Positions 1 through 8,689 of a stretch of DNA of 64,000 bases are shown here, piece after piece; position 1 is the stretch's first letter; the number at the start of each line of letters is the position of its first letter. The stretch lies in the IMG/VR virus record IMGVR_UViG_3300036766_000548, positions 14,012-78,011 of that record. One strand, given 5' to 3'. A program made the translations under genes and the position numbers. The notes under the pieces are model-generated. The model was not told the origin of the DNA. It searched no databases and saw only the letters and a list, made by a program, of their open reading frames with translations. This DNA is from a virus.

Positions 1-867
1 AGTTTAGACAAGTTCAAGCCGCAGATTTGGAGTTCTAAGCTATTTGTTAGGCTTCAAAAGAATTTAGTTTTTGCTTCTGTAGTGAATCGTGATTATGAAG
101 GGGATATTTCTGGTTATGGTGATACTGTAAAGATCAATGAAATCGGTGATATTACTGTAAGTGATTATACTGGTACGCTTACTTGGCAGACTCTTACTGA
201 CGCTCAAAAGATTCTATTAATTGATCAGAAGAAGTCTTTCAGCTTCTCCATTGATGATGTCGATTCTGCTCAAATGCATCCCAAGGTAATGAATGCCGCT
301 ATGCAGGCAGCTTCTTATGCTATTGCAAATACTGTAGATTCTTTTATTGCTGGACTTTATTCTGGTGCTGGTATTACTAACTCTACCTATATGGGAACAG
401 CGACTGCACCTATTGCCATTACAACTGGCAACGTACTTTATACTCTTTCTTATGCTGCAAGATATATGGATGAGAATAATGTTCCTACCCAGGAACGTTT
501 CTTAGTCATTCCTCCTTGGCTTCACCAGAAACTTTTACTTGTTGAAACAGGGTCTATCACTGCAGCGGCTGAACCTAAAGTATTTAGTGATGATGTTCTA
601 ACTTCTGGTTATGTTGGCCAGCTTTATGGGTTTAATTTACTTCTTTCCAATAACGTTGTTAATGCTGGTACCGCTGCATCTGTAATTTCTGCTGTAATGG
701 GTCTTAATAGAACTGCTATTAGTTATGCAGGGCAGATTTCTAAGATTGAAGCCGTGCAGAGAGAATCTACTTTCGATGATGGTGTTAAGGGTCTTTATGT
801 TTATGGTGCTAAGGTTGTCCGCCCTGCTGCTTTAGCAACCTTATATCTTACTGAAGCTGCTGGCTAA
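1..867 (+). CDS. Major capsid protein (5' end at or just before window start)
   Basis: Frame is open from base 1 (SLDKFKPQIWSSKLF...VVNRDYEGDI..GDTVKI) and ends KGLYVYGAKVVRP, typical of P22-coat-like capsid proteins; first gene of the structural block. Confidence 0.85.
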   Translation, partial: SLDKFKPQIWSSKLFVRLQKNLVFASVVNRDYEGDISGYGDTVKINEIGDITVSDYTGTLTWQTLTDAQKILLIDQKKSFSFSIDDVDSAQMHPKVMNAAMQAASYAIANTVDSFIAGLYSGAGITNSTYMGTATAPIAITTGNVLYTLSYAARYMDENNVPTQERFLVIPPWLHQKLLLVETGSITAAAEPKVFSDDVLTSGYVGQLYGFNLLLSNNVVNAGTAASVISAVMGLNRTAISYAGQISKIEAVQRESTFDDGVKGLYVYGAKVVRPAALATLYLTEAAG

Positions 868-885
868 GGCTAGGAGGATAAAAAT

Positions 886-1278
886 ATGGCTGCTAGAACA
901 CTTGTTGCTACCACTCCCGCATTGACGGGAACTTCTATTGTTTCCGCTTCCAGTGCATTAGGAACTGGTGATATTTGTACCATTTCCTGCACTACTGCTC
1001 AAAGCTCTCTGGACCTTTCACAGACGTATATCAGGGCTACTAATGCTAATACAATCACTTCTGTTATTTTAACTATTAGTGTTGGTACTATTTATTCTGA
1101 AGTTGGACAGGGTTCTGCTTCCATCACTCTTGCTACTGCTGATAGCATTATTATTGGTGGACAGGGTTTTGAAAGCGCCAGATTCCTGCAATGCACCGCA
1201 AAGACTGTACTGGTTTCCGCTACAGGTACTGGTCCTACAACTTTGGAATGCTATGTCTATCCAAAAGCAACCGAATAG
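886..1278 (+). CDS. Putative virion/head decoration protein
   Basis: AGGAGG RBS; Thr/Ser/Ala-rich; between the capsid gene and a terminator. Confidence 0.5.
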   Translation: MAARTLVATTPALTGTSIVSASSALGTGDICTISCTTAQSSLDLSQTYIRATNANTITSVILTISVGTIYSEVGQGSASITLATADSIIIGGQGFESARFLQCTAKTVLVSATGTGPTTLECYVYPKATE

Positions 1279-1287
1279 TTAAGTAAT

Positions 1288-1349
1288 AGGCCGAGGAAAT
1301 TTCAAAATGATAGATATAAATCTATTAAAAATAAATCTTCGGCCTTTTT
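1288..1349 (+). terminator. Putative intrinsic terminator after the capsid operon
   Basis: AGGCCGAGGA (1288-1297) pairs with TCTTCGGCCT (1336-1345); inner ATAGAT/ATCTAT stem; T-run follows. Confidence 0.6.
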
Positions 1350-1366
1350 ATTCAGGGGGCATATAA

Positions 1367-1885
1367 ATGCCTGGTGTACCAGTAACCTCTAATCCCATTA
1401 GTAACGATGGTTATAGACTCGTAGAAGATCAAAGTGATTATGAAATAATTTTAGGACATAGATATTCTACATTTTATAGCACAACTATATCAGGAAGTAT
1501 AGGAACAAATATTTTAGCAATTACCACTAATTCTATAAAAATATGTGAAGCGTGGTTTTCAATAGAAGTTGATAAGGCTGGTTTATATGAATTATATGAA
1601 GGCGCGGTAATATCTTCTGGTTCGGTATTGACTTTATTTAATAATAATAGGAATAGTTCTAATGTTGCCGATTGTACAGTAGTAGGCAATCCAAACGTTT
1701 CTACCGTAGGAACATTTATCGGAGCGCATGTGATAGGTTCTGCAACGGGTGGAACATCTAAATCTGGTGGAAGTTCTACTACGAATAAATATCAATTAAA
1801 GTATAACACTACATATATATTAAGATTTACCGCAGATGTTTCTAGTACAAGAGTTACACAAGGAATTTATTGGAGGGAAATATAA
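1367..1885 (+). CDS. Hypothetical virion protein, paralog A
   Basis: Shares blocks with the next ORF (GHRYST/GNHYST, FNNNRNSS/FNNNGNSS, RFTADVSSTR/RFVADGASTR). Confidence 0.6.
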   Translation: MPGVPVTSNPISNDGYRLVEDQSDYEIILGHRYSTFYSTTISGSIGTNILAITTNSIKICEAWFSIEVDKAGLYELYEGAVISSGSVLTLFNNNRNSSNVADCTVVGNPNVSTVGTFIGAHVIGSATGGTSKSGGSSTTNKYQLKYNTTYILRFTADVSSTRVTQGIYWREI

Positions 1886-2440
1886 ATGCCTTATCCATAT
1901 AATCCTAAAATAAACATAAACATAAACAGTCCTTTAGATGATTCTGGATATCTTGTTGGAATTGATATTATACATCACGAAATACATGAGGGTAATCATT
2001 ATTCCACATCTTACTACGAAAAAATTGGTTCTGGAACTGCAATAAATGTTTTAATTACTGTAGGCACTAAATCAATACATATGGTTGGCGAAATGGTTTC
2101 TGATAATCCTGGGATGGCCACATTTAGTAAATCCCCCAATGCCACTACTACAAGTTCTACAGCAATTACTTGTTTTAATAATAATGGCAATAGTTCAAAA
2201 ACAACTGATACGGTATTTACTGTTGGTGGTACATATACAAGTTCCGGAACTATATTAAGGACTTATTTATTTGGTAGTAGTTCAGGAACTGGAGGCAATA
2301 AAATATCAATGGGTTCTACAGCTGGTGAAATAAACGAAGCTATTTTAACTCCTGGAGACAAATATTTAATTAGATTTGTTGCTGATGGAGCGTCTACAAG
2401 AACAATTATTAGAACAGCTTTTTATGAACAGGATTGGTAA
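1886..2440 (+). CDS. Hypothetical virion protein, paralog B
   Basis: Tandem paralog of 1367-1885; starts immediately after its stop. Confidence 0.6.
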   Translation: MPYPYNPKINININSPLDDSGYLVGIDIIHHEIHEGNHYSTSYYEKIGSGTAINVLITVGTKSIHMVGEMVSDNPGMATFSKSPNATTTSSTAITCFNNNGNSSKTTDTVFTVGGTYTSSGTILRTYLFGSSSGTGGNKISMGSTAGEINEAILTPGDKYLIRFVADGASTRTIIRTAFYEQDW

Positions 2441-3034
2441 ATGGCCATAATAACCGCATCTGCTGTTTCTATATATGCCCCTAAAATAACCGCCTCTGCG
2501 GGGACTATAACGGCAGGCAATTATATTCCCGTGGTTCAGGAACGCATATGCCTGATGCTTAACAATTATTTTGATTCCGAAATCGTCAACCTGGAGACGA
2601 CTTGCGTATTCAATGCCACGGCCAGATCGATAGTCATCAGGCAGAACAGTTGGGAGGAATATGGGTTTAAGGCTAATGATGATATATTGATATATAAAAG
2701 TATTAGGAACGATAAAGTAGTAACAATAGAATCTTTAACCACTAATACTTGTGTTTTAACTTCTGCATGTTCTGTAGTTGACGAAAGTTATTCTACCGCT
2801 ACAGGAACATCTGTATGTTTCGCCTTAGTGCAATGGCCAATATCTGTAGTGCAAACTGCGGCACTCATGGTTTATTTTGATGTAGATATAAGAGATAAAG
2901 TTTCTGGTAATATTAAATCAAGAAGTCTTGGCCCCCTTAGTGAGAGTTTTACTTCTGGTGATGAAGATGAGTATGGATATCCACGAAAAATTACAGATAA
3001 ATTAACTCCGTTTAAATTAGCGAGATTGAATTAA
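2441..3034 (+). CDS. Head-tail connector/adaptor
   Basis: Position; C-terminal IKSRSLGPLSESF...YGYP..I...L resembles SPP1 gp15-type adaptors. Confidence 0.6.
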   Translation: MAIITASAVSIYAPKITASAGTITAGNYIPVVQERICLMLNNYFDSEIVNLETTCVFNATARSIVIRQNSWEEYGFKANDDILIYKSIRNDKVVTIESLTTNTCVLTSACSVVDESYSTATGTSVCFALVQWPISVVQTAALMVYFDVDIRDKVSGNIKSRSLGPLSESFTSGDEDEYGYPRKITDKLTPFKLARLN

Positions 3035-3147
3035 TGAAAAGAGTAGGATATATTTATAAGACAACCAATCTCATAAATAATAAAATCTATATTGGCCAAC
3101 ATCAAAGAGATGAATTGCGATTATTAAATAATAAGGAATCTGCTTAA
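3034..3147 (+). pseudogene. Truncated GIY-YIG homing endonuclease remnant (37 aa)
   Basis: MKRVGYIYKTTNLINNKIYIGQH... then stop; only the N-terminal motif remains. Confidence 0.75.
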
Positions 3148-3510
3148 ATGGCTTTAGTTGATATGCTGAATTTAGTTTCTGCCGTAAGCGTCATAAAAAC
3201 TATAGAGACTAATGATGGCATGGGAGGAACTTCGGTTTCATCTACAACATATACAATTTCATTGTGTACAATGTGGACCAACGGCCAAACGAATAAATGG
3301 GTGTCAGATAAATATGCAAAAGACTCGACTGATAGTCTGGTAATGGAATATGGGGCATATACATTTAACGATGTTTCCAGCTTGACTTCTACACAGTCAT
3401 TGATTGAACAAGTTACATATAATGGCAATACTTATAAGACAGTTGGTTTTTCTAATAATATAATGAATCTTAATGAAATTATTTTACAACAATTGGAAAG
3501 AATATCATGA
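3148..3510 (+). CDS. Head closure protein
   Basis: Position and size; N-terminal DGMGG motif of SPP1 gp16-like proteins. Confidence 0.6.
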   Translation: MALVDMLNLVSAVSVIKTIETNDGMGGTSVSSTTYTISLCTMWTNGQTNKWVSDKYAKDSTDSLVMEYGAYTFNDVSSLTSTQSLIEQVTYNGNTYKTVGFSNNIMNLNEIILQQLERIS

Positions 3511-3959
3511 TTAAAACTACTGTAACGCAAGAATGGCATGGAAAGGAAGTCAAGGTTCAAGGGAAACAAGTGGTGGGTCATTCTGCTTATGAAATAGGTT
3601 TGGTTGTGGAGGGACAAGCAAAATTATTGGCTCCCAGGGATACGGGACATTTAGCTGCTTCTATTACTACGCAATCATTTAACGAAGGAACAGAGTTGGA
3701 CAATCCTTCTAAATATGCCACAAAAGAAAAAAACAAGTTATGGAAAGTAGATGGCACATTCAAGAAGATAGCTAAGCCTAATGATGATACAGAAGCATTA
3801 ATTGGTACAGCATTATCATATGGCCCATATATGGAATTTGGGACTGTCGGGGCCGATGCCCAACCATTTCTTAGACCCGCATTAGATTTGGCCATGGGCA
3901 AGACATTGACGATCATACAAATGGCTGGAAAATTCTTTTTCAAGGAGTATTTAAAATAA
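3507..3959 (+). CDS. HK97 gp10-family neck protein
   Basis: APRDTGHLAASI, YGPYMEFGT, AQPFLRPA motifs. Confidence 0.85.
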   Translation: MIKTTVTQEWHGKEVKVQGKQVVGHSAYEIGLVVEGQAKLLAPRDTGHLAASITTQSFNEGTELDNPSKYATKEKNKLWKVDGTFKKIAKPNDDTEALIGTALSYGPYMEFGTVGADAQPFLRPALDLAMGKTLTIIQMAGKFFFKEYLK

Positions 3960-4372
3960 TGACGCCTAGTCAATGCGTAGGATATTTATTAAATCAAACA
4001 ACTGCGATAACTGCAATTATAGGGACAAGAATATATAATGGATTACGTCCTGCGACTACAATAGTACCTTGTATAAATTATTTTGAAATGCCAGGAGGGA
4101 GAAAACAGTATGGATTGTATTCACAAAAATATTCCATAAATTGCAGGGCCACCACGGCAGAAACGGCTTTAGGATTGGCAAGATTAGTCGAGGATACTTT
4201 TAATGGTACATCGGGAACAGGAATGTATGGGTATACATCGTCTGGGAGTTCTTTTGAAATTACCAGATCATCAACGGTGCAAATGCAAGGTTTGATTCCC
4301 GAACCAGATGATAATTTATATAATGCGCCAATTGATATTCAAATTATATTCCCTGCAAGTTCAATAGCATAA
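3959..4372 (+). CDS. Tail terminator/completion protein
   Basis: Position before the tail tube gene; ITAIIGTRIY...P motif. Confidence 0.65.
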   Translation: MTPSQCVGYLLNQTTAITAIIGTRIYNGLRPATTIVPCINYFEMPGGRKQYGLYSQKYSINCRATTAETALGLARLVEDTFNGTSGTGMYGYTSSGSSFEITRSSTVQMQGLIPEPDDNLYNAPIDIQIIFPASSIA

Positions 4373-4385
4373 AAGGAGAAAAATT

Positions 4386-4931
4386 ATGCCACTTTATCAG
4401 AACAGTACGGTTACAGATTCCAAGATTGAAGTTGGAAATTACGCGATGTATGTGGGCAGTGCAGGCACTTCCGCTACTGCAATCACCATCAATTTGGGCC
4501 TTGGGATGTTGAAGGGGTTCACTTATGTCCCTGAAAATTTCACTTCCCAGGCTGGAAACGGTGTTGATCCAATCACTGGTATTGCTAGGGAAACCGCAAC
4601 GTTTGAATTTGATTTGATTGAATATGGCCCATCAGCATTCTCTCAGATTCTAGGTGGAGCAATGTCTACTCCAACTGCAGGAACCGTAACTGTAGGTGGT
4701 CAGGTAACTGTAGTAACTGGAGTTGGTATTAAATTAGTTAATAGTAGAAAACTCAAATCTGGTTCCACCCAGACCACGACCTATGTATTGAATGATTGTT
4801 ACATGAATGGTGGGTATTCATTCACCCCCAAATCTGATAATGATGCCGATCCTGTTGGAGTATATAGCTTTAGCATGACTGCAAAACAATATGCCACTGC
4901 TGGAACTATTTATACGAAGACGGTAGCGTAA
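4386..4931 (+). CDS. Major tail tube protein
   Basis: AAGGAG RBS; position before chaperones and tape measure; beta-rich 181 aa. Confidence 0.7.
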   Translation: MPLYQNSTVTDSKIEVGNYAMYVGSAGTSATAITINLGLGMLKGFTYVPENFTSQAGNGVDPITGIARETATFEFDLIEYGPSAFSQILGGAMSTPTAGTVTVGGQVTVVTGVGIKLVNSRKLKSGSTQTTTYVLNDCYMNGGYSFTPKSDNDADPVGVYSFSMTAKQYATAGTIYTKTVA

Positions 4932-5311
4932 TGAAAGTAGAAGATCTTGATGTTCTGCGTCCTGAACCTAGATATGTAAAAATAGGTGGGAAAGAAGTTG
5001 ATGTTAGTTTCATCCCTTGCGGTATTACTTTTGAAATAGATAGAATTGTTAATGAATTAAGGGGATTCACTCAAGAGGATATGCTTAGTAACAATGAAAT
5101 AACCAATAGGGCTTTTGATTTATCAATTGATATGTGCGTAGCTTTTTGCGAGCGGAAATATCCCGAATTAAACAAGGAATATTTCATGGATAATTGCAGT
5201 CCCGAACAGATTAGGGCTTTTTCCGCCGCAATCAGTGAAGCACTATATAAGGCATATGCAGGGATAATCGAAATAAAAAACTTGAAAGCGCCCAAGAAGA
5301 AAAACCCATAA
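4931..5311 (+). CDS. Tail assembly chaperone (G-like)
   Basis: Between tail tube and tape measure genes; slippery site near 3' end. Confidence 0.8.
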   Translation: MKVEDLDVLRPEPRYVKIGGKEVDVSFIPCGITFEIDRIVNELRGFTQEDMLSNNEITNRAFDLSIDMCVAFCERKYPELNKEYFMDNCSPEQIRAFSAAISEALYKAYAGIIEIKNLKAPKKKNP

Positions 5312-5324
5312 ATCTTGGGCGCTT
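5275..5324 (+). other. -1 programmed ribosomal frameshift signal
   Basis: In-frame A AAA AAC (5275-5281) followed by a perfect 12-bp stem AAGCGCCCAAGA (5286-5297)/TCTTGGGCGCTT (5313-5324); the -1 frame is open to 5535. Confidence 0.85.
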
Positions 5325-5535
5325 ATTTGTATCAATGGCATTATTATATCCATGGGCCACAAAGGAATACCTGTTATGGGAAATGACGATTGGGCAGATA
5401 ATCATGTACTATAATAAGGGAATAGAAATAAAGTATGGAACAGAAAAAACCAAGTCCTCAGGGTTAGTGGATATGTCAGAGGGACAACTTCGGGCGTGGC
5501 GTGATGAGATGAAACAAAAATACGGAGCAATATAA
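5281..5535 (+). CDS. Tail assembly chaperone frameshift extension (GT-like)
   Basis: -1 frame reads LESAQEEKPINLGRLFVSMALLYPW..., continuous with ORF 5335-5535. Confidence 0.8.
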   Translation, partial: LESAQEEKPINLGRLFVSMALLYPWATKEYLLWEMTIGQIIMYYNKGIEIKYGTEKTKSSGLVDMSEGQLRAWRDEMKQKYGAI

Positions 5536-8500
5536 ATGCCTAATCCTATTGGCGATATGGTTGTTCGGATAGTAGCCGATAATGCCCAATTTAATCATTC
5601 AATAGATGAAACTCAAAAAAAATTCTTAACGTTATCCCAAACGATTGCAAACAGTTCTAAAAATATTGTCTCATCAATGAAACAAATAGATGGTGAAATA
5701 TCGGTATGGGGTAAAAGTACTGATTTAATAAGACAAAAACAAGAAGTATTAAAAAATGAAATAAGTAATCTTATTGCTCAAGGCGTTGATCCACTAGATA
5801 GAAGTATAGAAAAATTACAAAATGAATATTATAAATTAGGAAATGAAGCAATTGCATTAGATAAAAAACAACATGGTTTGAACGATTCCTTACAAGCATT
5901 TTCTTCTGTAGCTATTAAAGTAGGAACAGGATTGATGTTGGGAGTTACGGCTCCTTTGGTAGCAATGGGAAAAGCTGCCATTCAATCTTCTGCGGAAATG
6001 GAAATGTATACTTCTTCTTTTGAGGTAATGTTGGCGAGCAAGTCTAAAGCCGAAAAATTAACAAAAGAAGTGGTTGCATTAGCCGCTGTTACTCCATTTA
6101 ATGTTCCTGAAGTTATGGATGCTACTAAAATGTTATTGCAATATGGAGTTTCAGTAAATAAAGTATTACCAATGGTTAGGCAATTGGGAGATGCTTCTGG
6201 AGGGATGAAAGATAAGTTCCAGTCCTTAGTTTTGGCTTTTTCACAAATGCAAGCAGCTGGTAAGGTATTATCACAAGATTTGCGACAAATGTCTACAGCA
6301 GGTTTCAATCCTCTAAAAGCAATTTCTGATACTACCGGCGAGAGTATGAATTCTCTTACTAAAAGAATGGAACAAGGGAAAGTATCCATCGAGGAAGTAA
6401 ATAAGGCAATGGTTGCCGTTACTTCTGAGGGTGGGAGATTTTATCAAGGAATGGAAAAAGGTTCTAGAACTGTTTCTGGTTTATTTTCAACACTACAGGA
6501 TAATATAGGAATTACAAGTAGATCATTAGTTTCTGACTATATGCCTGCCATTAAAAATACAATAATTAGCCTTATAGATTTTACTAAAAACCTTACAACA
6601 ATTAATCCTGAATTAAAAACGTTTATAACTACAATGGCAATTGGAACTGCTTTATTGGGACCATTAGTATTAGGATTAGGTGGTTTATCTAAGGCAATTT
6701 TGACGATAAGAAGTATATTAACATCAACAATGGCTTCTAATCCAGTTGGGTGGATTACATTAATTGCATCTGCTGTAGCAGCATTAACGATAACAATAAT
6801 TGCATTAAAAAAAGCTTCCGATACAAAATATATTCAAGAAGGATTTTCAAATATAACAAAAGAATTAAAAAAATCTGTTGATGAAGGTGAGAAATTAGAA
6901 GATGCCATAAAAAGGATTTCTAAACAAACCGGGTTGTCCATATCTACTGTAATTGATTTAGCTAATAAAGAAAAATTGATTACTGAAGAAAACGAAAAAC
7001 AAGTTACTGAATTAGAAAAACAAAATATACAAATAGGAATACAAAAAGAGAATGTAAAAGAAATATTAAAAACAAATGACGGAATAAATAAGGATTTAAC
7101 TTTTGCTTCTGATAATCATTTGAATATTCAAGATCAAATAAAAGCTATTTCAAATTATTGGGGTGTTACACAAGATAGGGTTATCGGGGTTGGCATTTCA
7201 TCAAAAGATGTTACTTCTGAATATAAACAACAATTGATGTATATATATCAACAGACAATAGCAGAGGATAATCTTAAAAAAATAGTTTTTGATGGCGCAA
7301 AGCAAACTAAAGAACAATTAGAAGAAAGAAGAGTAAAAAATCAATTAGTATCTGAAGCTCAAGAAAAATTGGATAAATTGTCATCCGAAAGACTGGCTTC
7401 CATAAAAACACAAAGAGAATCCGCTGAAGTTTCTTATCAAAAAGAAATGACAGAAACACAAAATGTATTTACTGCTGGTGGTATAGAAAGACAAGCATTT
7501 TTAGAAAAAAATATTTCTGCAACAAAAGATTTTATATATGCATTGCAAGCTATGGGGTTTACTGGAGATAAAGCCACTAATTGGATAGGCGATCTTGATT
7601 TGGCAAAAGCTAAAGATGATTTATTATTATTTAATAACGAATTAAAAAAAGTAAATGGCGACCAGCTAAAGGAATATTCAGAACTCAATGAGTCATTAAA
7701 AGAATCCGCAGACTGGGAAAAATATTTATTGACATTGAAGGACAACGAACAAAAAAAGGAAGCAGAATTAGCTGGTTATAGAGAAGAATGGAGTAATAGA
7801 AACTTAACGTCATATGATAATGAAATAATAGCTATAAATAAAAAAGCGGCAGAATTTATTGCTGCTGGCGAAGATGAAATAGAAGTTAGAAAATGGCAAG
7901 CAAAAGAAACAGAAAAAATTCAAATATCGTTGGCGGGGTCTATTATAAGTATAACCTCTTCTATGATCGGAGAATTAAAAAGTTTATATGACCAGAATGT
8001 TCAAAATCAATTATCTGCAAATGATACGGCCTTACAAGCGGCTCTAACTTCTGCTGGGGTACAAGACGATTCTGCTATAGAATCGGCACAAAAAAAATTA
8101 GATGCGGCAAAATTGGCGTTATCTTCCGAAATAGATGAAACTAAAAAAGCCGCCGAACAACAAAATATAGTAGAAGCAGAAAAGGCATTAAAAAAGGCTC
8201 AAATAGAAAAAGATTATGCTCAAAAAGCTTATGAAATAAAATTAGCTGCATTTAAAAACGATCAAGTATTTTCATTGGCGCAAATAGCTATGAACACCGC
8301 AATGGCAGTAGCAAAGGTATGGGGGCAAACTGGCGTAGCTGGTATCATAGCTGAATTAGCACCAATCGCCATGGGGCTTACACAAACCGCAATAGTCTTA
8401 GGCCAAGCTCCGCCTTCCCCTCCTGCATTAGGAGACGGTGGAATTGTAATGCCCAAGGTAGGTGGAGTGTCGGCAACGTTGGCTGAAAGAGGAAGTCCAG

Positions 8501-8688
8501 AAGTTGTTTTCCCATTGGATAAATTAAATCAATTCATATCACAAGGGAACATGCGAAATGTTACGGATAATTCTTCTAATATGTTAAATTTAATTGTTAA
8601 TATGGATGGGAAAGAAATATTAAAACAAATATTCCCAGCGACAAAGAATGGTACAGTACTAATATCAGCCCGAGCGGTGGTGGCATAA
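5536..8688 (+). CDS. Tape measure protein
   Basis: 1050 aa, helical; tape-measure domain (AAVTPF...QMQAAGKV..QDLRQM), hydrophobic segments, C-terminal GGIV...AERGSPEVVFPL. Confidence 0.95.
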   Translation: MPNPIGDMVVRIVADNAQFNHSIDETQKKFLTLSQTIANSSKNIVSSMKQIDGEISVWGKSTDLIRQKQEVLKNEISNLIAQGVDPLDRSIEKLQNEYYKLGNEAIALDKKQHGLNDSLQAFSSVAIKVGTGLMLGVTAPLVAMGKAAIQSSAEMEMYTSSFEVMLASKSKAEKLTKEVVALAAVTPFNVPEVMDATKMLLQYGVSVNKVLPMVRQLGDASGGMKDKFQSLVLAFSQMQAAGKVLSQDLRQMSTAGFNPLKAISDTTGESMNSLTKRMEQGKVSIEEVNKAMVAVTSEGGRFYQGMEKGSRTVSGLFSTLQDNIGITSRSLVSDYMPAIKNTIISLIDFTKNLTTINPELKTFITTMAIGTALLGPLVLGLGGLSKAILTIRSILTSTMASNPVGWITLIASAVAALTITIIALKKASDTKYIQEGFSNITKELKKSVDEGEKLEDAIKRISKQTGLSISTVIDLANKEKLITEENEKQVTELEKQNIQIGIQKENVKEILKTNDGINKDLTFASDNHLNIQDQIKAISNYWGVTQDRVIGVGISSKDVTSEYKQQLMYIYQQTIAEDNLKKIVFDGAKQTKEQLEERRVKNQLVSEAQEKLDKLSSERLASIKTQRESAEVSYQKEMTETQNVFTAGGIERQAFLEKNISATKDFIYALQAMGFTGDKATNWIGDLDLAKAKDDLLLFNNELKKVNGDQLKEYSELNESLKESADWEKYLLTLKDNEQKKEAELAGYREEWSNRNLTSYDNEIIAINKKAAEFIAAGEDEIEVRKWQAKETEKIQISLAGSIISITSSMIGELKSLYDQNVQNQLSANDTALQAALTSAGVQDDSAIESAQKKLDAAKLALSSEIDETKKAAEQQNIVEAEKALKKAQIEKDYAQKAYEIKLAAFKNDQVFSLAQIAMNTAMAVAKVWGQTGVAGIIAELAPIAMGLTQTAIVLGQAPPSPPALGDGGIVMPKVGGVSATLAERGSPEVVFPLDKLNQFISQGNMRNVTDNSSNMLNLIVNMDGKEILKQIFPATKNGTVLISARAVVA

Positions 8689-8689
8689 T

